From the NCBI GenBank assembly GCA_951406725.2, contig OX597824.1:97154001-97218000 (forward strand): a DNA stretch of 64,000 nucleotides. The letters are read 5' to 3'. The position numbers were made by a program, and so were the translations under genes. The notes below the pieces were generated by a model. It did no database searches. It saw only the letters and a list, made by a program, of their open reading frames with translations, and was not told where the DNA came from. This document shows, in pieces, positions 13,333 through 25,829 of the stretch (positions within the stretch are counted from its first letter, which is position 1; each line of letters begins with the position of its first letter). This DNA is from Octopus vulgaris. Its lineage: Eukaryota.

Positions 13333-14110
13333 CGTGACTATGTTCTAATTAATTATTTCTTTATTAGATATTTTCTCGTGTTTTTTTATCACAGCCTTCG
13401 TTTGGAGCAATAACGTTCCTAAATTCATGTTTATCAGCTTCTCCAGGTTATCTAAGCCACATCTTCAAGATGTGGAGTGAATATTTTTGAAGAAACCCGT
13501 CTTTTGAATGCTGAAATTAAGGGCGTTGCTCAATTAGGCACTGGCCTTTTAGTGAATGTGCCTGTTTTGTGTGTGTGTGTTTGTGTGTATGTGTGTGTGT
13601 GTGTGTGTGTGTGGTGTTTTGTACCTGTGCATTGTGTTCACGTGTTGCATGTGTGTGTTGTGCGTTGTATTGAAAGCGTGACTATGTTCTAATTAATTAT
13701 TTCTTTATTAGATATTTTCTCGTGTTTTTTTATCACAGCCTTATTTTTATCACAGCCTTCGTTTGGAGCAATAATGTTCCTAAATTCATTTTTATCAGCT
13801 TCTCCAGGTTATCTAAGCCACATCTTCAAGATGTGGAGGGATATTTGCTTATTAGTGGGAGCCTCGAATCTGTAGAGATTGTCAGAATTTCACCGTTATG
13901 GCGTTAATATTCAATCTGATCGGATTTCAACTTATAACGTGTCTATTTTCAACGTTGATCGTAGTCTTGTTTTGCGATATTAATATGGCTTCCATAATAT
14001 GTCTGCTATTTCTTTGTGAAATTCTTTAAAGTATGGAAGTATTTCTATTAATATTTTCCTATCTTCCATTATATCGTGGTGTAATGAGTTGCAAATGCTG
14101 TTTAAATGCA
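13333..14110 (-). mobile_element. Penelope-like 3' end (GIY-YIG C-terminus) with duplicated ~145-bp pLTR segment
   Basis: Minus strand RHIMEAILISQNKTTINVENR (R.I.EA..I....P.IN motif); direct repeat at 13333-13477 and 13677-13838. Confidence 0.55.
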
Positions 14111-14559
14111 TACAAAAAGAAGACAGACGAACCCATAGAAAAATCTCGCAGAACGAAACACAAAATTTGCCCCACCAATCCGTACGCAGATACTACTAAT
14201 GTATTATAAATACAATAAAATGAAATTCCTCCTCATTAACAATAGAAAGCACACAAGAAAACTTGAGAACAAAAAAGAAATTTCCAACTTCGGGAGTGGA
14301 AGGGAAAGTTTCCACACCATCAAGATCTTGAAGCTATAAGATGATGCCTAATTAATTCAAAACAATGTGAATGAATTAGCATCAGGTTTGATAGAGTAAT
14401 CTGAATACTAGAGGGTTACATGTCGGACTAAACTCTGGATTTAACCATCACATTCTGAAAGCAAAAAGTTAAATTTCCCATTAGTATCCATATAAAACCG
14501 AGAGCAACTAAACGTAGTAACAAATCTGCTGATGAGATGACCCCGTCAACCTACCGATT

Positions 14560-14700
14560 TTGCGCCAGTCGCGAGGCCAAACATCCCTAAAAATTTTATT
14601 CGAATCCATCGAGCGGTTCTTGAGATATCTTGTCCACAGACAAACAAACAAACACACGACTGAAAACAATACCTCCTCCATCGCTAAGGCGGAGGTAATT
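14560..14700 (-). mobile_element. Helentron-associated (HINE/DINE-1-like) element, 5' part
   Basis: Minus strand TTACCTCCGCCTTAGCGATGGAGGAGGTA (subterminal IR), (TTTG)n; same family as 25096 and 56748. Confidence 0.7.
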
Positions 14701-14936
14701 ATAGATTTATAGATGCATTCATGTTCATAGAAGCTAGATTGAAACACCAACGTCAATACAGGCTCAGTTCAGTTTTCAGACACATTTCCTTTCTCGTTTA
14801 ATATTCGCATTTTTCATTACACGATTTCATTTGTGAAGTATACAATCATACACCCATCTGTCCATGTAGGTGCGTCTCTCTGATATCAAAATGAATATAT
14901 ATGTACACAATCGTCCATTAAATTTTACGCGTATAA

Positions 14937-15028
<92 letters not shown>

Positions 15029-15029
15029 G

Positions 15030-15081
<52 letters not shown>

Positions 15082-15599
15082 GTCTATCTATCAACACACA
15101 CACACACACACACACGCATACACACACATATATACGTGTACGCGTGTGTGCGTTTATGCATAAATTTATATACGTATTTATACATGTATGTGTGTAGTGC
15201 ATGTGTATTTAGATATATGTGCACACACACACACACACACACACACAATCATCAACAACACAACGACTATATGCGAGAGAAAAGTTGACAGCATAAATAA
15301 ATAAATTCGATCGAATAAGGTAAATAAAATTAAATTAGTCGCTTCCCTGACACAATTTCCTGTTGACAGTCGTGAATATCACATTGCGTTGATGTATAGG
15401 GAGAAGAAACCTGCTTGAAATACAAGAATTTAACGTATTTGTTTCCTGCACCGATTGAATTCTTATGTATGCTGTTAGAATCATTGGTATTACATTAGAA
15501 CCGACATGGCGTTAGAAGAGTTTTAGTTTTGAGGTAGGAATGTTGCTGGTAGAATTCACGGTGTGATATAGCGTTGGATGAAAGAGTCACTAGGTTGGT

Positions 15600-15754
15600 A
15601 AATTGGTAGATAAATAAATAAAAGAAACTGGTAGGGCAGAAGAGCGATGAGAAAAGTCGTGTCCGTGTACTTCTGGCTAATGGGACACAACATGTTGAAA
15701 CGCCGGTGTCCCAGACTGACTTGGGCCAATGAGCCGACAATTTATTCACCGCAC

Positions 15755-15760
<6 letters not shown>
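15600..15760 (+). mobile_element. Penelope-like pLTR fragment with mutated hammerhead (15672-15715)
   Basis: TCTGG-CTAATGG-GACA-caaca-TGTT-GAAA-CGCCGGTGTC-CCAGA. Confidence 0.5.
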
Positions 15761-15791
<31 letters not shown>

Positions 15792-16601
15792 AATTATTTC
15801 CTGCCAGCCTCTCCAGTTATACTCCGTAAAACTCTATACTTCCTGCGTTTGGAATATCTTTTGATGCCCGTTTTGAAGCCGAGCTTTTAAAATTCATATA
15901 AACATTGTATGAAACTTGTTTTTTCACGAATAACATAAAAAGAGACGGAAAGAGAATAATATTCGGAAACTATTAGATCAAAAAACTATTTTAAAATATG
16001 TTAACGTCATATTTTTTCAAAACGGTTCGTTCACAAGTACGGCTTCCGATTTATAGAAATATATAGAAAGTCAGCTAAATGGAAGATAATCATATTATTG
16101 GCCTTATGAGAGAGCAAAGTAAATATCCAGCTGTGTTATTTCACTGAAGGAACCTATTAAAATAATGCACTCTCTGTCATAATTTCAGTTTTGCGGTTCA
16201 GACGTATTTGCGTCATTCAATCTCGACGCTCGCTAAGTGATGAATAGGAAGATAAAGTGAATTCAGCATCGATATATTACTTCGTTTCCTAAAATATTTT
16301 GTAATTCTAAGTCGTTTTAAATATGGTATGTTGTTATCGCTGCTGTTGGTGTCCTTCTGCTCCTCACTGGACACGAACGCACAGCTTCTGCAAGCAGGAT
16401 GCGTTCTACCTGAAGAGGAGACTTGTTTCTTCGCTTTATAGGCTTTGATCTTACCAGAGAGAACTGTATATTGCTTACATCATAAAAATAAAGAACCATC
16501 GAGAGAATTTGAAATAATTCGTTTTCAACAATGGAACTCGAAGTAGATAGAGCTCTAAATGAGGACAAACCAAATATTGGATTAATGTTCGCCCACTGAC
16601 C

Positions 16602-16784
16602 AAGGCGGTGAGCTGGCAGAAGCGTTAGCATGCGGGGAAAAATGCATAACCGCATTTTGTCCGGCTTTACGTTCTGTGTTCAAATACAGCCCAGGTCGAC
16701 TTCGCTTTTCATCGTTGCGGGGGTGAGGAACTGAGTACCAGTCGAACACTGTGGCCGATGCAAGCGACATAACCCCTCTCCCTA
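16602..16784 (+). mobile_element. SINE B, diverged
   Basis: AGGCGGTGAGCTGGCAGAAGCGTTAGC...GTCGACTTCGCTTTTCATC. Confidence 0.8.
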
Positions 16785-16880
16785 ACTTGACACATTTTCT
16801 CCTCCCTCAGTCACAGCTTCAGGATGATGTTTATACCATTTGTCAGCGGTTTTGATTTTATAAAGCCGACATATTGTCCA
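16785..16880 (-). pseudogene. R4/Dong-type ORF fragment starting at a (TAA)n tract
   Basis: WTICRLYKIKTADKWYKHHPEAVTEG, the post-zinc-knuckle W.IC......KWY.H.P motif. Confidence 0.75.
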
Positions 16881-16951
<71 letters not shown>

Positions 16952-16996
16952 TAAGTAGTAGTAGTAGTAGTATAAGTAGTAGTAGTAGTAGTAGTA

Positions 16997-17031
<35 letters not shown>

Positions 17032-17060
17032 TGTAGTAGTAGTAGTAATAGTAGTAGTAA

Positions 17061-17112
<52 letters not shown>

Positions 17113-17125
17113 TGTTGTTGTTGTA
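16881..17125. repeat. (TAT)n/(TAG)n compound microsatellite
   Basis: Direct reading. Confidence 0.95.
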
Positions 17126-17736
17126 GTGGTATCCAAGCGTTTTGTAATACTCGATCGTGGAATAAGTACATTGAATGGAATTGATGCGATGCTTCGGTGT
17201 ATCTTTGGGAGTTTACTCGTCCGCATTTTTTTTTTTCGTCCTGGCGATTCTTTTGACAATAGGAATTCGATCCTCTTTAAATTGTTTTTACGAATTGAAA
17301 AGCAGTTTGTTTAACCAAAAGTTGTGATCAACATTGAAATGAATGCGCTGTTTATGTAGCGAAATCTGTTCAGCTGGCCATTGTTGCTGCGACGGACCTG
17401 GCCGCCATTACGTTGATGGACGTGGAAATAAGTCAACAACGACGGACAACGACTGCGTAATTAGGGCTGAACAACAACAATTGCAGCAACAAAAGAAGCA
17501 ACAAAAACAAAATACAGTAGTAGAAACATCATCATCATCAACAACAGCACCACCAGCACTAGTAACTAGAATAAGAAGAAGAACACCGCTAGTAGCCGCC
17601 ATGACAAAAAAAACTACAAACGCAGGGAAAGATTGTTTAATATATTTAACAAAACTTTTGCAGAATACAAATTTATTCTTCATATATGTTCTTGACTGTG
17701 ACTTCGAAATCGCTGTATATATATTCTTGTATAAGA

Positions 17737-17767
<31 letters not shown>

Positions 17768-17894
17768 ATTGAGGTAATCAGATCAGATGGTTCGTATTTG
17801 TAGATATTTATTTATATATTACATTTTTTACATATATATCATATCATATCATTCGGATTTCGGATTAGCGCTGCTTCCATTCTAGTGGGCTTTT

Positions 17895-17946
<52 letters not shown>

Positions 17947-17949
<3 letters not shown>

Positions 17950-18167
17950 GCAGCGTGGAAGGTGTTTGTAAGCCATTTAAGAAACACACAAAAGCCGTTC
18001 GATTCACTTCAACATTTAAGTTTAATTTGTCAAAATATTTTCGTCGCTATAAGACCGCGACCTGTTCACTGACAAAAATCCGTACTGCATCTGAGATGCA
18101 GCACGGATTTTTGCTTTCGTTCCAGCACACGATCTCAGATAAAATCCCTTCCTATACAAGTACATCT

Positions 18168-18170
<3 letters not shown>
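17947..18170. mobile_element. Fold-back Penelope-like element with G3-C8 hammerhead variant (minus strand, 18026-18076)
   Basis: 20-bp-arm palindrome at 18073-18113; HHR architecture on minus strand; flanked by (TA)n on both sides. Confidence 0.6.
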
Positions 18171-18213
<43 letters not shown>

Positions 18214-18342
18214 TAAAAACGGTGAGATAACAAAAGAAAGAAAGAGACCTCAATATTATGTAAATAGAGGAAATTTATCTATAAAATAATGTTACATTAC
18301 TCAATAGTCAAGATAAAACTCTGAGTTTCAGATGCCGAAGTG

Positions 18343-18424
<82 letters not shown>

Positions 18425-18462
18425 ATGTGTGTGTGTGTATACAAACACACTCACACATGCAC

Positions 18463-18747
18463 GGTTCGAATCCTGGACCAGGCTGCATGTTGTGTTCTTG
18501 AGCAAGACACTTTATTTCACGTTGCTCCAGTTCACTCAGCTGTAGAAATGAGTTGCGACGTCACAGGTGCCAAGCTGTATCGGCCCCTTTGCCTTTCAAT
18601 TGGATAACATTGGTGGCGTGGAAGGGGGAGGCCGGTATGCATGGGCAACTGCTGGTCTTCCATAAACATCATTGCCCGGACTTGTGCCTGGGAGGGTAAC
18701 TTTCTAGGTGCAATTACACGGTCAGTCATGACCGAAGGGGGTCTCAG
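18463..18747 (+). mobile_element. tRNA-derived SINE family D (5' truncated)
   Basis: B box GGTTCGAATCC, CORE-like CTTGAGCAAGACACTT; near-identical to 63712-64000. Confidence 0.85.
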
Positions 18748-18771
18748 CATATATATATATATATATATATA

Positions 18772-18835
18772 AAACCTGGGTTCTCATTCCTAAGATATTT
18801 TCGATGTTTTTATAATAATAATAATAATTATTATT

Positions 18836-18868
<33 letters not shown>

Positions 18869-19095
18869 CTGGTCACTGATTGGAATCGAACTCAGAATCT
18901 TGGGGTTAGTAGCCCGCGCTCTTAACCACTACGCCATATGCCCGTGGGCATATGGTTCAAAATTTCCCCAAGACACCTGATGAAGGCTGGAGGGTATATC
19001 AGCCGAAACGTTGTGTTAACAACAAACAAGACGAGGACAAATATCCGTCAAATGTAAATAACGTACATAATTCCTCGTCTCTTAAATATAGAACT
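18772..19095. mobile_element. tRNA-headed element with intact hammerhead, 5'-inverted configuration
   Basis: tRNA-like head on minus strand (18943 to about 18870), palindrome 18934-18955, HHR on plus strand 18972-19017. Confidence 0.7.
18972..19017 (+). ncRNA. Minimal type I hammerhead ribozyme motif
   Basis: Stem I GACAC/GTGTT, core CTGATGA(+A), stem II GGCTG/CAGCC, GAAA, palindromic AACGTT stem III, GUU triplet. Confidence 0.8.
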
Positions 19096-19635
19096 GTGGT
19101 TGGAGTGTTGTCGGCGAAGCGATGCAAAGGTGCCATCCGCCAGGAGCCGAGAATCTCCATCATCTAAGATCGATTAAACAATCGGATACACAACTGGTAT
19201 TCTTCTTTTCATTGATCATGAAATAGAGACCAACGAAACCCAACTTAGGTTGAATTTGAACTCACAATATAAAGATAAGTAATTATTAAACACCGCTATA
19301 AATCACTCTATCAACCACCTCAGCACACACACATGCAGACTACGTGAACAAGCTTTAACTAATAATGACATGCCATCGTTAGCATATGGTGTTTGCAAAT
19401 AGCTGATTAAGACGACATTTTCATTACCTTCCTGCTAATTGGTTTATCTATTTCACCGACTTAATTATAAGTAATTACTTTGGTTTATGCTCATTATATC
19501 AAACTATGTTTCCATCGGAAACATTTGTGAAAGGATATTTCTTTACTCTGCATATAAGCCTGTCTTAGAAAACCTAGAAACACGACCAGTAAATTTGTTA
19601 TACGAGCGTTTTTATAAATACACATAGATATACAT

Positions 19636-19670
<35 letters not shown>

Positions 19671-19729
19671 ATCCAAACAAGAAAACACAGAAAAAAACAC
19701 AGCAACGCGAAGACGTGGAACAATTAAAG

Positions 19730-19779
<50 letters not shown>

Positions 19780-19783
19780 ATAG

Positions 19784-19832
<49 letters not shown>

Positions 19833-19864
19833 CATATACATATACATATGTGTGTGTGTAAACG

Positions 19865-19922
<58 letters not shown>

Positions 19923-19926
19923 ATAG

Positions 19927-19993
<67 letters not shown>

Positions 19994-20013
19994 CATATGT
20001 GTGTGTGTAAACG

Positions 20014-20074
<61 letters not shown>

Positions 20075-22399
20075 TTGTCTGCGTCTGTGTGTAAATATTT
20101 GTCAAACACTTCTTAAAAAACAAAGTGTATTTGAAAGAGAATGTTTAATAAAAAGACTCTTTAATGATTCATAAAGCTTTTACGTATTTCGTTTATTTCT
20201 GTCTCTGGCAAGAAATAATACCAAAACAGATTGAAGCCACGTGAAATAAAAGAATATCCTGTTTGCTGAATAAAAGACACAAATGTTCTTTTGTCGAGAG
20301 TATTTTTTTTTTTATTTTGTGTGTGTGTTCAACAATTAGGTGTAGAATGTAACAGAACTGAGCGTACGGCCATTTGCTTTTTTTTTCTTTTTTGTTTGTG
20401 TTTTTGTATTTCATTGTAATTTTAAGTATGTTCTAAGTAGTTTGATCAATTACCACGTGATAATGTCCAAAGGATTGTGCGTTGAAGTGCGTCAGAAAAA
20501 CACAAAGTGTTTAATAAGTTATTGAGAATTCTGTAGTAGACAACGGAGGAGAGTGTTTTAAGAAGAATTGAGTGGACTTGGATGCAAATTCGGTGCTAAA
20601 ATACACACAGTGGTGTTTTGAAAGCATCATTTCACCTATGTAAATACAAACGGTGTATTCTTTGACCGTTTTTGCAAACTGCGTCTTGACAAATGTTATT
20701 AAAAGATTGCTTACGGAATCACTGTAAGGCAACGAATCAGTGTTGTATTTGACAAGGCAAAATAAATAATTCAGCAACCAAGATGGCTGGAGAACAATTC
20801 CATGCAAGATCGCATAAAAAATGGTGGTACCCGAGTTAATGATGAAGTCTCTATTTCATACCTCAACCTGATGCAAATGGCTGCCAATATCGCCCCCAAA
20901 GAACATATTGCTGCTTTTGTGTATGTGTGTGTGTGTGTGTGTCCTTTTTTTTAACATATTAACAAATGATAAACAGATGCGATAGTCACGGCTAGAAGGC
21001 TTTTGATAGTATTAGTTCGATCAACGTTGATCTGGGATTAAATAAGTGATTGACCATCTAAACATAGCAGTTATATCTCTCTCAATCACATCTGTTCTTC
21101 TTTCAAAAGAGACGCATTGGATAATGCAGTCCTGGCCATATGAAACCTGTTAACAAGGAAGTTCCTGGCTGTAAGGTCCGTTATCAGCGACTCCTTATAA
21201 AAGGACAAACCCAGAGCCAAACAACAACAGCAGCAGCAGTAGCAGCAGCAGCAACAACCGCCTGGATTCTTTGCCAGTTAGTAAGTACCACTGTAAGGTA
21301 TGGGGAACAATAATATACAGTGGTGCCTAACATACAGCTTAACTGACTGGGCTGTTTGTAGTTAAGCTAATTCATTGGTAACCAAATCATGAAAATAGCA
21401 GCCAAATATTCCTCAGATCACCACCCGCTGTCCAAAGTTTGGAATGATAAACTTATCTGTCGATAAAATGACAGCAAAAACAACAACAACAACAACAACG
21501 AGCATATTGAATAGAGAGAAGAGTTGAGGGGACTTCAAGACAGCAGCCTGACAAGTGGAAGTAGGGTTTAAATTATAACTCCTGGCAGAGATATATTTGG
21601 TATAATGGATTTGACCAGTTGTGGGCCTCTGGGTGTGGTCAGCTGGACCCTGTTTGGGACTATATAAAGAACAACAATATTATTTTAGGTATGTCAGCTT
21701 TGCTAAGTTATATACAGGAAAAATATTTGGTAGAAATGTTATTTGGTAAAAGTGTGAAGACGTAAGAGATTCTGCTTGGAATCGATATTAAACAATCGAT
21801 CAATTATTTCTGATTTCTAGAATGCATTAGTGTTGTTAGTTTGCGTCAGTTAAATAAGTTACACGAAATTTACTAATTCCATTCCCAAAGCAACAAGTTA
21901 CAATTACAGATAAGGTAATAAGCAAATCGCAAGACATGCTAGAAATAGTATCTAACTCGGCCTCAAATCAGACTTTACTGTTTACAGAAGGACAAACATT
22001 TTCGATGCTGATAAAAGGAAATGTCTGAGAGTATCGTTGGTGCTTAGCCACGAGCCTTCGACCAAACCCGACAGCAGCAGATACGGCATGAAATATATTC
22101 CAACCACGACCATCTCAACGTTTTTTTAAAGATACGGTTTATAAGTGTACCTTGGATTAAATGATCCAAGATGTCCCACTTTAAAGACTGTAGGATGTAG
22201 GTTGAGGGAGATTTAGCTGCTATTTCTGGCATGTCAGGAGACCATGTAGAGATATCTGTATCAGATATTGGCGTCGGTCAAATAAAATATACGTTTCTCC
22301 AAGACTTAGGATTGAAGTACTAATCAGACCCGAAACCAATTCGCCATCGATACCTTTTAGATGATCACAATCCCATTTAATCTGTTACTAAACCATTTA

Positions 22400-22980
22400 G
22401 TCTATCATAACATGTCTACTGTTGCCATAGTATTTACACTTAGGCTTAAGTCTTCCCTCGTCGAGCGACGTCTGCGACTATCAACATACAAGTGCACAAT
22501 TGGTCAGTAGAGACCCACAGGGTAACATGCCATTGAATATCCCTTTTGATCGTCTGAAATATTCCCTCAATCGCAGCCTTTGGGGTTTCCATTAAGGACT
22601 TGGGTGCTGAGTATGTTCATCGGTCGTCTTGCGACATGTTCCAGCCAACCCAGTCGGCGCTTACATGATGGTAACGGACAGTGGGCGTCGGACCTCTTCG
22701 TCCGATGCTGCCAGGTTTTCGTTGCTTGAGGTTAATTTTTATCCAGGGATAGATTACTAACCTGAAGCCCAGCAATTTGCATTTAGGAAAGACACCGTAA
22801 ACCGAGCTCTCTCTGTTCACTGTTAGCCGAGATCCACAAAGTATTGTGTGGATCGCATTCACTCACGGACACCTGGTCGCTGGTCTTCGTAAGACTCATC
22901 CACTCCGGCTGTTGGTCGTTGCCTCAAATACTCCCCACGACTAGTGGTTAGAGTGTCACCATCACCCTGTCACGAGGTGA
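22400..22980 (-). mobile_element. Internally deleted (bipartite) RTE-type LINE
   Basis: KRRLGWLEHVARRPMNILSTQVLNGNPKG (RTE C-terminal RRL.W.GHV.R motif) joined to 5'-UTR-like sequence. Confidence 0.6.
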
Positions 22981-23566
22981 GTCGGTGTAACGGAATGTGG
23001 AAATTGGAGCCAGCACATAAGAGATTTAAGGAGTGAGTGAGACCCACTGATGCGTGTCTAACCTACCAGGTTGGGTGTAATGGACTAAACATAAAAGGCA
23101 CTACCTCTACTCATTGCTCCTCTAGCTCCCCTAGTATTTGGCCCCGTACTATAACATCTAGTCCAAATCTAAAATATGTACACCAGTACTAACCAAATAG
23201 ACAATTAGTATATTATTTTGTGCTGCACTATACCATGTCGGTATCGGTGGCTAAATTATTGTTGATATCTCAGCAACACTGTCCTTCTTAATTAATATGG
23301 AAATCAATGTAGAAATCTTGCAGAGAAAGATATTGAAAACTGCAAAAGAGACAAAACTGTGAAGCCGAGTAAGGTATCCCCTCAGTGTACTATTAAAACA
23401 GCTAAATCCCTTCTGTTTGTAATGAACTGACAGCAAGTCAAATCAACTGGATATCTAATAAGAGATATAATTAACCCTTATTACTTGCTTATGCAACCGA
23501 ACAAGTTTTCAACGGAAAATAATCAGCATTTCGACGTAAAAGAACGCCTCCAAGTCTCGAAAATAG

Positions 23567-23569
<3 letters not shown>

Positions 23570-23626
<57 letters not shown>

Positions 23627-24130
23627 GATTGATAGATAGATAGTTATATGTATATATAGATATAGATATTACATGCATATACATATAATACATATGTATA
23701 CATGTATATACACACATATATATATATACAAATATATATATATATGTGTGTGTGTGTTTGCCTGTGTGCATGTGTGTGGTATATGGGTGGTTGGATGGTC
23801 ATACATAAATACACACAGGCACTCTATTATACACGCATATACATTTGTATACATACATATATATATATATAGAAACATATACATATTTATCTATAATTAT
23901 AAAGATATAGATAGATTTATGCATACATATTTGTGCGTGTATATATACATATGTGCGTGATGTGTATGTGTGTGTTTGTGTGGGTGTGAACATTTATAAG
24001 CATGTACCTCTATTTGTATATATACATATGTGTCTATGTTTGCATGCATTGGAATACACACACTCCATACATACATGCGCACACACATGCATAAATACGT
24101 ACATACATACATACATATAAATACGTATAA

Positions 24131-24180
<50 letters not shown>

Positions 24181-24199
24181 ATGTATATATATGTGTATG

Positions 24200-24232
<33 letters not shown>

Positions 24233-24398
24233 GTGTGTGTGTAAGTATGTATATATATATATTATATATATATATACATACATACATACATATATATATA
24301 TATGTGTATATATATATATATATATATGTATGTATATATGTATATATATACATATATATATATATACACGCATGTATGTATATCAATGTATATCAATG

Positions 24399-24445
<47 letters not shown>
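23570..24445. repeat. Degenerate (CA)/(TA)/(TG) microsatellite field
   Basis: Direct reading. Confidence 0.9.
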
Positions 24446-25095
24446 CGGAAACATGTCTAGAACATATTTTAGCGCTGCAGGCCATCGCAGCCAAATTGGA
24501 AAAATATCAAAGTATCGCATTAAAATGATTCTAACCATTCTTACTCTCTTCGCTTCTTTTTTTCACCTTTTTTCCTCTTCTTTATTTCTTTGTATGCGTC
24601 CGTGTTTTTATGCGTGCGCTTTTACGTTTGCGCGTACGTGTATGTGTGTGCGTGTGTGTGTGTGTGTGCGTCTGTGTGTGTGTGTGCGTGTGTGTGTGTG
24701 TGTGCGTGTGTGTGTGTGTGAGTGCATTTGTTTACTGTTTATTTCAAGAAATCGTCATTCTCCAATTACCAGATTTTCTTTCTTCTCTAGCAAAAGACAG
24801 TACGCAAACACCGTCATTCCACCGTCATACCACAGCTAACACCCTCCCCCCATCACCACTGACGCCCCCCCACTATCTCATCCCCCGACGCCATCATCCC
24901 GAGATGCTTTCATTATTTCATTACCTTATGTTGATTAGACAGATCTCCAATAACTTGCTGTTTACGCATTGTCTAAGATTCTGTTTGATGTTCTTTTGGT
25001 TGTTTTTTTTACCCAGATCAGATTAATAATAAGCACGGACGTGGTCGGGTTTGAACTCAGAACGTAGAGTTTGGTATTTGTTGTTGTTACTGTAA

Positions 25096-25419
25096 TTATT
25101 ACCTCCGCCTTAGTGACCTCAAGAACCGCTCGATGGATTCCGATGAAACTTTCAGGGATGTTTGGCCTCGTGACTGGCACGAACTGATTAGATTTTGGGA
25201 TCGATCCGGTACCGGACAAGGATTCTGGATTAATTTTCCGTTTCGATTTTTTTTTTGCTTAATTTTTGAGAGTGGTCGGATTAATTTTTAGTATTCTCGT
25301 TTGTGAGGGCAATCGAGTTTATCTCAGATATTCTCATTTTAAAAATCTTCTCCGGCTAATCGTTGAGAGGACATTGGTGTTGCCTTGGCAGAGGTTTGCA
25401 CTCTCTGAGTGCTCTTGTT
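25096..25419 (+). mobile_element. HINE/DINE-1-like element, internally deleted
   Basis: 5' TTATTACCTCCGCC; 3' GCCTTGGCAGAGGT plus hairpin GCACTC-tct-GAGTGC then TCTTGTT. Confidence 0.75.
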
Positions 25420-25829
25420 GTTATTTGCTGAGAGAATCATCCGAGCGTCAGATAAAAGACTGTGCCGTATTAGTTCCGTTATTTTAGATGCTGAGTTCAT
25501 ATTCACTGAAAAGTTTCGGTTGGAGAAGACATTCACTCAGATTATTCGCTGAACGGGAGTCAAACCCGTCCCAAAAGCAATAGTTTCATTGGTCTGGAAA
25601 TACAACTGATACTAACACCCACACCACATGGTGTTGAGATACCACCAGTGATCTTGCGCACATGCACACACACGCACTCATACACACATAATGTGTGTGT
25701 GAGTGTGCGCGTGCATGCGTGCCGAAGCACAGCTTAGCAGTTCAATATATAGTGAAAGATCAATAAGTACCAATCAGAGAAATTCGAAGTTGCAGTCAAC
25801 GGCTGAAAGTAGCGTAAGATAAATAATGC

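Noticed and set aside
13387-13410. TATCACAGCC, a miR-2-like 5' end
   Set aside because: No complementary arm; lies in a duplicated Penelope-like segment.
15539-15568. AATGTTGCTGGTAGAATTCACGG resembles miR-183/263-family mature sequence as I recall it
   Set aside because: The differences fall in the seed and the flanks give only ~7 bp of pairing, so there is no pre-miRNA hairpin.
17343-17777. 144-aa Cys/Gln-rich ORF
   Set aside because: Mostly (CAA)/(CAT) low-complexity sequence; no family recognised.
20590-20910. Possible Tc1/mariner DDE remnant (QDG, WLPISP)
   Set aside because: Motifs too degraded and spread over frames to support without a search.
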